Origin: Podarcis pityusensis
Taxonomy: Eukaryota
NCBI GenBank assembly: GCA_964106645.2
Contig: OZ067049.1
Reading direction: 5' to 3' (one strand)
DNA: 64,000 nt
Of the stretch, positions 1-12,517 are shown one piece after another. Below the pieces are notes generated by a model. The model saw only the letters and a list, made by a program, of their open reading frames with translations. It was not told where the DNA came from and made no database searches. Made by a program: the position numbers and the translations under genes. Position 1 is the stretch's first letter; the number at the start of each line of letters is the position of its first letter.

Positions 1-2204
1 GTGTATTCTTATTATCTTTCCTTGCTAATTTTTCTTCCATCCAGTACTTCACATTTTAATCTTAGCTCCAGAACTTCCTTCTGCAGAATAGACACAGTAC
101 CTGCGCAACTGGCCCTTACTTCAACCCACATTAATTAAAACCGGAACATTGAAACCTCGTAACTTGAGAAAGGCATATCAGATATTCCCCAGAATAGAGG
201 ATGGGAGACCTCTGCAGTATCCGGGGAGTTTTCTACCTTTTCTAAACCCACCCAAAGGGGAAGCTTGAAAGACGTCGGTGGTCTGCGGGGGGATGCCGCA
301 AACAGCTTTCTCGCTGATCAAAGCATGCTTCTGAAACTACGCTAACTCTTGATTTTCCTCTCTCTGAAATCTGGCCAGCTTGCACCCTTCACAAAGTAGA
401 TTTCCCACACAGAATTTCATAATGATAGGGGTAATGCCTTGATTTAACTAACAATGAATAGGATTTTCAGTTTTTTATTATGGCCACATGTGGGGAAGGT
501 GGGATAATCACCGCAGCCAGGAGAATAACAGAGAGATTTCTCTCCCCCACCCCACTCCCCACCACCTCACTTGGGGCTCACAGAAAGATGAAGTGCTCTT
601 CACATTAATGATAACAAGCGCTGAGGCAACTGATTCCTTGCCCTTCACAACGAAGGATGACAGCTAAGGAAGCAGCCTCTCTCTTGGGGTGCTGAGTTTC
701 AAATGTTCATGGAGCAGAACAGGTTGTTTTGTAACTTTGAAGGTGATTTACTTATTACTGGCAAAGGCAGAAAATTAAATTACACACTCTAACCAAGAGA
801 TCAATGTTAACTAAATTGTCGAGGCTCTCTTTGCGTATGGCGGTGTTGGCAAATTTTGCTCATTCTGCTTGGGCTATTAGCATTTTCTTTTTACATTCTT
901 CCCTTGTTTCCAAAGACAAGAAGTTGCCTGAGAGGTTGGGTACAAGTTCTGCCTCAGTGATTCATTAAAACGGAGCTGAAGGAACGGAAGTCGGTGCTTT
1001 TCTTAGGGGTGGGGTGGGGAGGGGGAGGGTGCTTTATTGTTCTAAATACTGCTGTGAATGCCAATGATTCGAAGGCTGCGGAAAGCGGCCTTAATGAGCT
1101 TCAGCATTTTAATGTACTGCAGGTTCCCAATTGTACAAATTTAAGAAGCTTAGCAATTCAGTATCTCCTGAATAATAGCATTTATTTTATACTCTGAATA
1201 CACTCGGGGAAGCCTTGATAATATTGCAACTTCTTCGCAGTGTAATAGCTTTACAGGGCCTAATTGACTTGAACAGTGGAATTGGTCCTTTAAAACACAC
1301 ACTCATTCTCGTTCCCTCCGTCTCTTTTGATTAATGAGCCTGGTAATAAATCATTAATCTTTTTGCCTCATAAATTATATGAATAGTGTTTGGGGGGTGG
1401 GAAGGTTTGCTGTGTTCCCCCGCCCCTTTGAGATTGCCTTGCAGGCATGGGGTGGAATTTGGGCACTAGACAATGGCAAAATTCTCACGGATTGCAAGCT
1501 TTCTGAGCTCATAATGGTTTTGTTTCAAAATGTGGAATCTTGAATTCATAGGAAATGACCTGCTTTAATTTTATAAAACATCTAGAGAATACGGCCAAGG
1601 AAGAAATTGTTCACTCTCTCTCTCTCTGAGTAGTCATTTTTACCATATCAAAGCAACAAGTGTCCTTCATTTTGAAGTGCCTTAACAGAATCTCTGAAGG
1701 AGTGAAGGTCATTTGCCAATCACTTAAATTTCATCACTTTTCTTGGTGCTAAATGACAAGTTGTATAGTACAAAAGGCAAGGAAAGGTGTTCACCACTGA
1801 GAAACTGCAGACTGTTATAGGAAATTAGAAAGCAATGTTATGGGGTTGTTGGGTTTTTTTGGGGGGGGGCGGTGCTTGTCACAAAGGTGTACTTCAATAA
1901 CCTATCCCCCAACACCCAGCCACCCCTCTCATTAAATAGTTTTATTATATTGGAACTGGGATGGAGATGGAGGGAAAAGGGGCCAATGTCATATTCCGGA
2001 ATCCTTTGCTGTGTTGAACATTCCTGAGTGTTTCTGTGAAATTTTCTCCTTCAGTTGTTCCAGGCACAAACCTGCTTCTGCTATTCCCTGAAACACAAAA
2101 AAGTAAACAGTCAAAATCAACTTAAACATGTGCACCACAGAGTATATTGCATCTATTGATTTTGAGACATCACTCTGTAATTTCTAGGTTAGATTCATTA
2201 CATG

Positions 2205-2351
2205 CAGTGCTTTTTTTCTTTAAAAAAATGTTAAAGGGTACTCTCATTTTCCTACTCATGTTGAAATACTGCCCCTCAATGAGGCCAAACTTTGATTCAC
2301 AAAATGTTTAGGGGTATGTGTACCCCTGTGTCCCCCCAGAAAAAATCAATG
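2205..2351. mobile_element. hAT-type MITE (~147 bp)
   Basis: TIR cagtgcttttttt / gaaaaaatcaatg; 8-bp TSD attacatg (2197-2204) / attatatg (2352-2359). Confidence 0.75.
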
Positions 2352-2509
2352 ATTATATGTGAGGCTGCCTTTGAAGACAGTTCAGAAACTGCAGCTAGTG
2401 CAGATTTTAGCAACCAGATTATTGACTGGGACCAGAAGATCTGACCATATCACACCAATTCTGGTGTGGCTGCACCGGCTACCAGGCTTAATTCAAAGTA
2501 CTGGTTTTG

Positions 2510-4202
2510 GACTTCCGGGTTGGCGCCATCGCCGAATGGCGGACTCCCTCCGAGCTCCGGAGGGAGTCTGCTCGGCAGGGGCTGGGTCCTACCGCACCGG
2601 CGATGCGGGGACCCTTAAAAACCACGGCCACGAGGGCCGTGGACATGGAGACTCGGCTGGCACCGTTAGCGCCCTCCCGACTCGTGAAGGAGCCTTTTTA
2701 AAGGCTACGGATCGGGTGCCGGGGAGAAGCGTGGTGCTTTGAGTCCTCTGCTATCCCTGCCGAGCGCAGCCGCATGCCATTCGGCGGAGAGCGCTGACTT
2801 CTTCCATTGAAAATTCGGACTTCTTAACAACAACCCGTGAGTAATTTGGAAACCGGGTTCAAAAGGAGGAAAAAAAAGAAATTTTTTTTCGGATTGGACA
2901 CGAGCGGGGGGGGATCCAAAAAGGAAGTCAGTCCCCCCCCCTACTGTAAACCTTCCAAAACAAGGACGGGGAAACCAAGGTCCAAAAAGATTTGTATTGC
3001 TGATAAAAACTAAGAATTCCACGATGGGGAACTATAAGAACTGTGCTGGAGGAAGAATTGAGGGAGAAGAAACGTAACCCCCCCCCCCCTGGGAACCGGG
3101 GTGATTGAAGAGAGAGCCTGGTGAAAAGAGTCGGAGATTTTGACAGCTGTCAAAGTAGCTGTCAAAGTCGGAAAGCAGAGAGGATTTTATTATGAGAACC
3201 TTGCTGGTTAAATTTGTTACAATTTGCTATAACTCGTTAAAACTTGGATACAAAATGGCGAAAACATGGATAACAATCGGACTTTTGGACTAGAGAAAAC
3301 AAAGTTACAACAATCCCCCTAGAGGAGTTTCGGGACATTACAAAGATGGTCGTAAGTGGAAAAATACCATTGGAATTTTACAGGACTGGTTATCTTCTGG
3401 GAAAGCTGCAAAACGGAAATAATATTTTGTCTACAGGGTGTTCAGCTAAAGGAGACAATAGAATTTTCTATTGAAGAAAGGAAGGGACTGAACGCAAGTT
3501 TTTGTTCCTGAATAACAATAATCCCTGCAGAGTTACTAAGCTTCTGAATTAGAACGTTTTAGCAGCGGAACAAGAGGAAATTGGACTACAATTTGGAAAG
3601 AACAATGGGGGGAGTTTTATTAAAGATCTGAAGTTAAGTGTTTTTTTTTAAAAAAAATAACTATAAAAAGAAAAAGCCAGCAAGGAGTTGGGGGAAATAG
3701 GTGATTTATGGACTTTAAGAATTCCAGGCGGATAACATGGTTTGGTGGTCAGGGGGAAATTAAACCGGGGACAGGGGGGGGAGAACTAACATCCAAAGGC
3801 TTGTTAACTTTTTTTTTTTTTTGAACTGGCTCTTTTTCATCTATTATACTTTTTATTTCTTATTTCTGATATTTCTATTGTGTGGGGTGTCCTTATTATT
3901 AAAAAAAGGGAAATTGTGGAATGAAAATGGGGTGGGCCCTGGGAGAGAATTTTTGTCTTTTATTAAGGGTATTGATGAGGAGTGTATAAATTTTAAATTC
4001 GGATAATGGTCTAAACAAATTAAGTTTCAATTAGAACTGAGAGCTTGTGGAGCCAACAATATGAAAGAGGAATATGGTAGGGGTGGGGGAAGGGGGGAGT
4101 CCCGGAAAGTGGATGTATGAAAATAAGGCTTTGAATGTATTTTAATTCTTACTTTCTGTATTTTTGAAAATCTTAATAAATATCATTTGAAAAAAAAAAA
4201 AA
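2510..4202 (+). mobile_element. Non-autonomous, probably L1-mobilised retroposon (~1.7 kb, no long ORF)
   Basis: Perfect 17-bp TSD tcaaagtactggttttg (2493-2509 / 4203-4219). CpG-rich 5' ~300 bp, G-rich tract near 4080, AATAAA at ~4175, A-tail to 4202. Confidence 0.85.
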
Positions 4203-4496
4203 TCAAAGTACTGGTTTTGAACTGTAAAGCCTTAAGCAGCTCAAGGTCTGCCTCTCCTTACATGAACCAGCCTCCCTTCTCTATCTGCCTCATTGAAAGG
4301 AGGTACAGAGGGTGGCCTTGTGAGAATAGGCTTTTTTAGTGGTGGCCCCCTGCGTGTGGAATGCTTTCCCTGCAGAAACATGCCTGGCACCATCACTGTC
4401 ACTTTTTGATGCCAGACTATGGCATTTCTATTCTGTCAATGACTTCGATAGTTAAACTAGCCTCTACTCCAGGGCTCATTTTTTGTGGGATGGGGC

Positions 4497-4746
4497 CAGG
4501 GGTCAGCAAACTTTTTCAGCAGGGGGCCAGTCCACCGTCCCTCAGACCTTGTGGGGGGCCGGACTATATTTCGGGGGAAAATATGAATGAATTCCTATGC
4601 CCCACAAATAACCAAAATATGCATTTTAAATAAAAAGACACATTCTACTCATGTAAAAACACGCTGGTTCCCAGACCATCCGCAGGCCGGATTTAGAAGG
4701 CAATTGGACCGGATCTGGCCCTTGGGCCTTAGTTTGCCTACCCATG
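4497..4746 (+). mobile_element. hAT-like MITE (same family as 14456-14778)
   Basis: Ends caggggtcagcaaact / agtttgcctacccatg; homologous to the second copy; no clear TSD. Confidence 0.7.
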
Positions 4747-4756
4747 GGGTAGAACA

Positions 4757-4757
<1 letters not shown>

Positions 4758-4787
<30 letters not shown>

Positions 4788-4832
4788 CTCCTCCTCCTCC
4801 TCCTCCTCCTCCTCCTCTTCCTTCTTTTTCTT
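4758..4832. repeat. (CTT)n(CCT)n compound microsatellite
   Basis: Read directly from the sequence. Confidence 0.95.
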
Positions 4833-6364
4833 CGGGACTTGTCCTTCTTATTGTATTGTTGGATGGACATTTTAGGAATTTTATATTGCACTTTTTTAAA
4901 CAAAATTGACTGTTAATTGATTTTATCTGTTTGAATTTTAACTTATTAAGTTGTCTTAAGACTTATTGTATCACGTGACTAATAAATGCAATTAATAAAT
5001 AACAACGAAAACAACAACTCCTTCTACACGTTGTTTTCACCTGCCTGTGAACTTACTTCTTTGTCTTGGGACTCATGGGGGCTCTCCTCCGTGTTCCTTT
5101 GCTGAGCATGACACACAGGAGGTGATTCTCTGACAAAGGAACAGCTTGCCTACAGAAGTATGCTTGGTGCCCTCACTGCCCACTTTCCAATGGACAGTGA
5201 GGGCAGCCTTATCCCAGTACCCATTTAATGAATGCCATGTTTCATAGGAATGTTTTAAACTCCTTCTGTTTACTGTTGTATTGTTTCACTGGATGTTCAC
5301 TGTTTTAGCCTTATTTATGAGCCATCTTGTGTGCACAGGTGGCGGAAAAGTAGCTTCTATATCCCTGCAATTATAAATAAATAAAAAGTCCACCTACTTG
5401 AGACAATCTTCTTGTCCCAAAAGACCTCCCCCGGCTCCCCGAGGCCTCAGATGAACCCCTGTTCAGCTGTATTGGTAGTTTAAAAAAAATGCTATTGCAA
5501 TCTCACATACCGTAATCTGGTTCTTCAATTATCTTTAATTTGTATGTATGTTTGTGACAATGTTGTGATTAGGTCATAACCTAAAGCAATGGCCCTCTAC
5601 TGCATTTTCCAAAACAAACCTGTGACTATCATATTTCATTTTGCTACGGGAATGTTTATATAGATTGTTTCCCCAAAGGTTCATTCTTTAAAAACAAGCG
5701 AGATTTACTGGATGCATCTTTAAATGCTAGGACTTTCCCATTTTTGCATAAAAATGACTAACTGCATCCGCAGGCAAGCAATATGAAATGAACTCTGGCT
5801 AAATTCATGCAAGCCTCTATCCCAACAGGAATTCCCAGACATGAAGATCTCAGAGTCATTTATGGCTTATAAGAGCTGGAGTAAAACATGACAAAAGGAG
5901 GCATTCATCTGTCTTTACAAGTAATCACTTGGGATGTAACTGTGGTTTGTGTTTGCTTCTGGTCAAAAGGTCAAGCAATAATATAGCCCTATAAAGTCTC
6001 TCAAAACTTCTGACACTTTCCCAACAGCGCACATTTAGTGTCCTTCCATTCACCTCGGCTCCGTGGCCAGAAATTTCCTGGTGAGGGGAACTAGAGAGGT
6101 AGAGAATGAAACCGGAGCAGCCAGAACATAAATGCAAAGGGCCTAACAAGTTTAAAGTTATTTAATTGTTTTACTTTGTGAACAGTTAGATTACTGCATG
6201 CATGGTTTTTGTCTCCAGAACTGGAATAGCTCGAGGCTCACTTTGGAAAGAAGAATAAAGCACATTTCGTAAGTCTGACTTTGTATTGGGGTGAGGGGTT
6301 ATTGTGTTTCTGCTAGCCAAACCCCAAGCTTTTGGTGTGATATTTAAACTCAATAAACTATATG

Positions 6365-6504
6365 CCTGTGATGGGGGAACCTGCAGCTATCCAGATGCTG
6401 CTGGACTACAACTCCCATCATCCCTGACCCTTGGCCTTGCTGACTGGGGCTGTTGGGAATTAGAGTCCAACAGTATCTGGTGAGGCCACAGATTCCCCAT
6501 TGCT
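6365..6504. mobile_element. Palindromic squamate MITE (gactacaactcccatc...gatgggagttgtagtc family)
   Basis: Internal inverted repeat; related copies at ~9244, ~16840 and ~20628. Confidence 0.7.
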
Positions 6505-7269
6505 GTTAGAAGTGCATAGGCTCAATCTGTGTAGTCAGTGACTTCTGCCTTCTTCATTGTCCGGACAGAACTTGTGTGTGTTCAAATGCAGATAGACTCT
6601 TTCGGGCTTTACATAGGAGCTACATAGCGGTGTGTGAAATTCTCCTCTGCAGTCTATGAGCTTTCTGATAACAGTACTAGGAAGCAGGGATGGAAGAATC
6701 CTGAAGTGGCAGGCTGGCCATTCCAGGACCTCTGTAGTTGCGGCTCTCATTTCACTTAAGTATCTTCTAAACATGACCAAGGATAGTCAGATGCATGACT
6801 TACGTTGCTTTGTGACCAAGGCACAGAATAGCTGTGGTTTGCTGAAAAAAACTTTTTTTACAACTAAAGGACTATAATCAACGATTCAGATGCTAAAAGG
6901 TAGCCCTCTGTAAGTTTGCACAAATGTCTAAATGACTTTATAGATAAGGACCAGCACCTCAGATTGAGGAAAAAAATAAAATGAAGAAGCAACCCAGTCA
7001 GCTTGTAAAAGGATCAGAGTCAACATACTCAAGGTTTGTCCTCACTTCCCTTTTCTCTGCTCTTTTCAGGCAAAGTCATGAAAACCCACTCTTTAAAGCT
7101 CACTCGGAACAAACAGCAATCTGCAGCAAATCCAAATGCACGTTTGTTACGATTGAGCACTAAAGTGCAGGTTTTTGTGGGAAAGCTCCAGGTAAAAAAT
7201 AAAGCAAACAATCAGACTCGGAGCTTTTAAGCGTCAACCTGTGCCTGGAAAGAGTGTGCAAAATGTAAT

Positions 7270-7440
7270 TGTGTATTCAAAAGTTTGGTGGTGGCATTGT
7301 GGACTAATTGAAGTTTTTTGGATGCTGTTCAAGGACAGCCTGATGTAGATCATGTCATGATAGTCCAGTCTGGAGGTTATTAAAGCAAGAATGACTGTGA
7401 CCAGGTTAGCGTATTGCAGAAAAGGGTGCATCTGGCATTC
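7270..7440 (-). mobile_element. Old L2 RT fragment
   Basis: Minus-strand translation ALITSRLDY...L.L.SIQK matches the L2 ALVISRLDYCN motif. Confidence 0.65.
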
Positions 7441-8720
7441 CAGCAGCTTATATTTCTGCTGCCTCTGGCCTGGCTCCTCTGCCTGAACATGTCATTGAGT
7501 GCCAGTTGAGCTGTTCCAGGCTCCTGGAATCTCCTTCTGGGCTATTGAGCTGCCAACCTGCCTCCCAGGTTGCCCTCCTGGCTACCAGCCCTGACAGTAA
7601 CTGAATAGTATCCACTCCAAATAGAGGCTTGGAGTCTGTCTGTCTCTTTGATTCAGGACATCCTTGCACACCTCTGAGGATATTGGGGTGTGTAGAGTCA
7701 TATCTGCTCAATATTCCTTGCTTATTTCAGTTGTAAATGTGCAGCTTCATATATGAATTCCTCTATGTGTGAAGGGAAGGGTATGTGTGGGCCTCCCTAC
7801 GCAAGCCATGCGCCTTGGCATGAACATGCAGCTTTGTGTGGGAGCCAGTGTGTGAATAAGCTAGGAGCCATTTCTCTTTCCATCAGTAGCAGCTGTCAAA
7901 ATAGGGGTTAACAGACTGGCTTAGAATTAAAAGAGCATAAAAAACGAGACAACCAGACTCTGCACTGGCTTATGATAGTTCTGGTTGAATTAGGTCAATA
8001 TTTTGTGCTCAATAAAAAAACAAACTAACAAACCGCAGATCTGATATTATGTTCGAAAGACACAGTCCACTGCTGGCTCCCTTGCAACCAAAAATGAGAA
8101 GAAAATCCAATCATTATTGGCAGATAATATGTGTGATGGAGGGTTCTGCGACAAATACAGTAAACAAACCAGCCGGTGCACAGCTTTCAGCAATATCTGC
8201 TTTTGGAATTGGGGGCACCATTCGTAAACACATTTACTAAGCATCAGTCTCTGTTAGTTCATTTAGGAGAATTTGCTTGTGTGTGTAAACTATGCAAGCT
8301 GAACATTAGTTCCAATATATTAAATATTATACTATAGGAACCATGGCACTCTTTGTTGCAAAAAAGTTTGTTTTATTTTATTTTCTGTTTATAGTTGGTA
8401 TCCTTGAAATTGCTGGTTCATGGACATACATTAACCACTTATTTAAACAAGTGGTATTTTCCTTTAAAATAACTGTTAAATCAATTATTTGTTTCCTGTC
8501 AGCAGCAGGTGGCTTCTTTTTGTTGTTGGGCGGAGGGAAATACTTTTTTGTATCAATATCAGTGCATGCCAAATAACAACAAATCTAAACTATACTTTGT
8601 AATATGCAAGTGCAAGAGTTAGAAGAGTGTTTTCTGTATGGAGTTATCGGGAGATTCATTGGGTGGTTTCATTTAGCCTAAATATACTCTGATGTACGTT
8701 TAGCAAAATGTAATGTCATG

Positions 8721-9072
8721 TGAATTATGGTGCTGGAGGAGACTCTTGAGAGTCCCATGGACTGCAAGAAGATCAAACCTCTCCATTCTGAAGGAAATCA
8801 GCCCTGAGTGCTCACTGGAAGGACAGATCCTGAAGCTGAGGCTCCAATACTTTGGCCACCTCATGAGAAGAGAAGACTCCCTGGAAAGACCCTGATGTTG
8901 GGAAAGATGGAGGGGACAAGGAGAAGGGGACGACAGAGGACGAGATGGTCGGACAGTGTTCTAGAAGCTACCAACATGAGTTTGACCAAACTGCAGGAGG
9001 CAGTGGAAGACAGGAGTGCCTGGCGTGCTCTGGTCCATGGGGTCATGAAGAGTTGGACACGACTAAACAACA
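8721..9072 (+). mobile_element. BovB (RTE) LINE, 5'-truncated
   Basis: ELWCWRRLLRVPWTARRSN...LQYFGHLMRR; (CAA)-type tail; 12-bp TSD aatgtcatgtga (8712-8723 / 9073-9084). Confidence 0.93.
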
Positions 9073-9243
9073 AATGTCATGTGAGAAAGGTTCTGCATGT
9101 TTGGTTTCACACAGACAATGCAACTAATGAGTTCTAGAGTTGCGACCCCTTGACATAAAAGTTTTGATGTTTTGGTAAGGCATGGGTCAGAGCCTGCTGG
9201 GTGGAGCCTTGCGGACTATAGAAAACACTCCATTTATCCAAGG

Positions 9244-9358
9244 CAGGGTTGTGGAACTTGTGGTACTCCAGATGTCTTGGACTCTAACTCCCATCAGTCT
9301 CAGGGATGATGGGAGTTGTAGTCCAGCAGTACCTGCAGGGACAGAGGTTGCCCACTCA
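9244..9358. mobile_element. Palindromic MITE copy
   Basis: ggactctaactcccatc...gatgggagttgtagtcc hairpin. Confidence 0.65.
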
Positions 9359-9876
9359 TCCAAAGCATGCAACTGTTGCAGAAGCTTATCAGTAGTTGTA
9401 TGTCAGCAAGCAATAGCTAAGGCATGTGCTAGGGGACCCCCACGGAGCACAACGTAATCCAGATGGAAACTCTACCACAATAAGAAAATATGAAACACAG
9501 GGTGTTCTAAAGCATATCCCCAATTACTTGAAATGCTCTGGCTGCCTGTCACTACCTTGTACTTTTCTGGTCCTCCTTTGACCTCTTTTCCTTGCCATGC
9601 TCTTACTCACTGAAGCCAGCACGACGGCTGCGGCCGCTCCTTCTTGCCTCTGCCTCCAATTCTTAACAACAGCCGAGAGGTGGTATGTGGCAGCTGTTCT
9701 AGATTCTGTAGCCTGTGGGGGGGGGGGAAAAGAACTTAGACCACTGAGTCTCTTTCCTTTGCAGCAATATCCACAGAAGGGAAATTTCCCCAGCTGGTTG
9801 GCCTACCAGAGTGGCCTGTTTACCAGATTTTAAAGCCAAGATAGCCAACCCAAGGTCCTATTTTGTGCCGCCTTAT

Positions 9877-10232
9877 CGTACCCTCCAACATTTCTCCAGT
9901 GAAAATAGGGACATTCCATTCCATAATGATAATTTTACTGTTTATACCCCGCACATCTTTACTGGGTTGCCCCAGCCACTCTGGGCAGCTTCCAACGTAT
10001 ATAAAAACATAATAAAACATTAACTATTAAAAAAACCCCCAACCTTCTCTATACAGGATTGCCTTCAGATACTTTGGGGCTCAGATAACTCCATACCCTC
10101 CAACATTTCTCCAATGAAAATAGGGACCCCTTAAGGAAAAGTTGGGACATTCTCGGATCAAATCAGAAACTGGGAAGGCTTCTCTAAATCAGGGATGTCC
10201 CTGGAAAACAGTGGGGACCCTTGGAGGGTCTG
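9877..10232. mobile_element. Composite MITE with a duplicated left end enclosing an L2 tail fragment
   Basis: taccctccaacatttctcca.tgaaaatagggac at 9879 and 10094; right end ttggagggtctg; minus-strand L2 3' tail at ~9930-10070. Confidence 0.6.
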
Positions 10233-10832
10233 CTGTATATTCTAAAGCTGTTCTTAGGATCTCTTCCTATGAATTCTTCTTTCCCACTATAGGGGTGGTT
10301 TCTGTGATAATCTCCCATTAGCAGAAGCATGTCATATGACGAGACCTTAAGCGAGCAATGAGCTTCTTAATGTATTTTTAAGGGGTGACTGGTCTGTTTT
10401 GATTCTGAACGTGTTGCTAATATGCTGGAAATGGATGTTTCCAAGGACTATCTCAAATGAAGTGGATAACACTTTGTTCAACATTTCACATTATCCTCCA
10501 GCACACAATCTAGCCGGATGTTCGAGTCTCTGCGCCCCCTCCTCTTTTATTTCAAAGTGTCTCGGCTTCAGCCATGTGGAGAATTTCAGCTCGAATCAGT
10601 TTTGATTGCTCCCAGAAGAGTTCTTTGGCACAGCTCTGGAGGCTTGACTCAGATCTTCCTCACTGGCAGCAGTGACAGAATTTCTGGCCACATCCCCTAC
10701 ACAAATGTTCCTGTTTCTCAAGCTCGGCTCTCACAGCAAGGTGCCTGGTGCCAAGTGCTTAAAATGCTCTCACGCTGCAGTTAGTGTAAATATTGTTTTT
10801 AACATACCATTAATTTGTTGGACTGCCTTTCT

Positions 10833-10833
<1 letters not shown>

Positions 10834-10864
<31 letters not shown>
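10834..10864. repeat. (GCCA)n microsatellite
   Basis: Read directly from the sequence. Confidence 0.9.
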
Positions 10865-11117
10865 GTAATCTGGCATGAGATTTGTGCACACCTGTCTTCA
10901 CATATACACATTCTCATTCATTCTCTCTCTCTCTCTTGCACGCACGCACTAGGGCTGCGTACACACTGTTCTGTTATAGCACATTCAAAGCACATTCTTT
11001 TCCTCAAAGAATTACGGGCGCCAAAGTGTACCCCTCACAGTTTTCCCCCTCAGAGAATTATGGGTGCCGTAGTTTGCCCCTCACAGAGTTACAATGCCCG
11101 GCAACCTTTAACAAACT

Positions 11118-11430
11118 AATAATAATAACTTTTTTTTTTAATACCCCGCACATCTGGCTGGGTTTCCCCAGCCACTCTGGATGGCTCCCAACAGAATATT
11201 AAAAATACAATAAAACATCAAACATTAAAAACTTCCTGCATTCAGATGTGTTCTAAAAGTCAGATAGTTGTTTATTTCCTTGACATATGATGGGAGGGCG
11301 TTCCACAGGGCGGGCACCACTACCGAGAAGGCCCTCTGCCTGGTTCACTGTAACCTCACTTCTTGCAGGGAAGAAACCGCCAGAAGGCCCTCAGAGGAGG
11401 ACCTCAGTGTACGGGGCAGAATGATGGGGG
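11118..11430 (-). mobile_element. L2 LINE 3' end
   Basis: Reverse complement of the 63170-63480 L2 end. Confidence 0.88.
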
Positions 11431-11861
11431 TGGGGACACTCCTACAGTGCCCATAATTCTTTGAGGGGGAAATATGCATTGAATGTACCTTCCAAATGTG
11501 CCAACTGCCCCAAGATAGGTTTGCAACCCCTGAGATATACAGTAATAAATAATACACTTAAACTTAACTTGTGTACTCGTTTGTCTGCTTGGTTAGCAGA
11601 AAAAACAAAAATACTCTGCTGCAGGATCCTTCCCATTTTACTGTTTCCGTAGGTAAAATCAGTCATGTTGTAAAGCACAGAGTGCCCTGGGGGCATGGCT
11701 TCTGCTTTTGTGTCTGATTGTGACACAGCTAGCTAAGTTCTGAACTGGGTGACATTTTAAAGCAGCCATTCATAGGAAACAAGCTTATTAGCACATGGTG
11801 TATACAGAGGTGCTTTGGGGCAATGACATTAAGAGACCCTTTATGCCAATGGGTTGGTTCT

Positions 11862-12517
11862 CTGAGATCCAGCGCCGAGGGTCTTCTGGCGGTTCCCTCA
11901 TTGAGAGAAACGAAGTTACAGGGAACCAGGCAGAGGGCCTTCTTGGTAGTGGCGCCCGCCCTGTGGAACGCCCTCCCATCAGATGTCAAGGAAATAAACA
12001 ACTACAGTGGTACCTCGCAAGATGAATGCCTCGCAAGACAAAAAACTTGCTAGACGAAAGGGTTTTTTGTTTTTTGAGCTGCTTCGCAAGACGATTTTCC
12101 CTATGGGCTTGCTTCGCAAGACGGAAACGTCTTGCAAGTTTGTTTCCTTTTTCTTAACACCGTTAATACAGTTGCGACTTGACTTCGAGGAGCAACTCAT
12201 AGAACGCGGTGTGGTAGCCTTTTTTGAGGTTTTTAAAGACTTTTCCAAAACTTTCCTGACACCGTGCTTCCCAAGATGAAAAAAATCGCAAGACGACAAA
12301 ACTCGCGGAACGAATTAATTTCGTCTTGCGAGGCACCACTGTATCTGAAGACATCTGAAGGCAGCCCTGTTTAGGGAAGGTTTTAATAACTGGTGTATTA
12401 ATGTATTTTTAACCTTCCGTTGGAAGCCGCCCAGAGTGGTTGGGGACACTCAGCCGGATGGGTGGGGTAGAAACAATAAATTGTTGTTATTGTTATTGTT
12501 GTTGTTGTTGTTGTTGT
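11862..12517 (+). mobile_element. L2 LINE 3' end with (TTG)n tail, interrupted by a Tigger-like MITE
   Basis: Matches 40684-40980 on both sides of the insertion. Confidence 0.88.
12005..12341. mobile_element. pogo/Tigger-type (Tc1/mariner superfamily) MITE
   Basis: TIR cagtggtacctcgcaaga / tcttgcgaggcaccactg; TA TSD on both sides. Confidence 0.9.

Larger units (their letters stand above)
2150..4420 (+). mobile_element. Old L2 LINE 3' fragment, interrupted by a hAT MITE (2205-2351) and a 1.7-kb retroposon (2510-4202)
   Basis: 2359-2490 encodes LPLKTVQKLQLVQ...TRLLTG...DHITPIL.WLH.LP, like the L2 ORF at 62383. L2 sequence resumes at 4203 (caaagtactggtttt...aaagcc). Confidence 0.8.

Noticed and set aside
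2359-2742. 127-aa ORF as a gene
   Set aside because: Chance fusion of the L2 frame with the GC-rich head of the inserted retroposon.
4587-4916. Poly-Leu and poly-Arg ORFs
   Set aside because: Translation of a (CTT)/(CCT) microsatellite and a MITE.
6365-6504. pre-miRNA-like hairpins (also 9244, 16840, 20628)
   Set aside because: Multi-copy palindromic MITEs with no evidence of processing.
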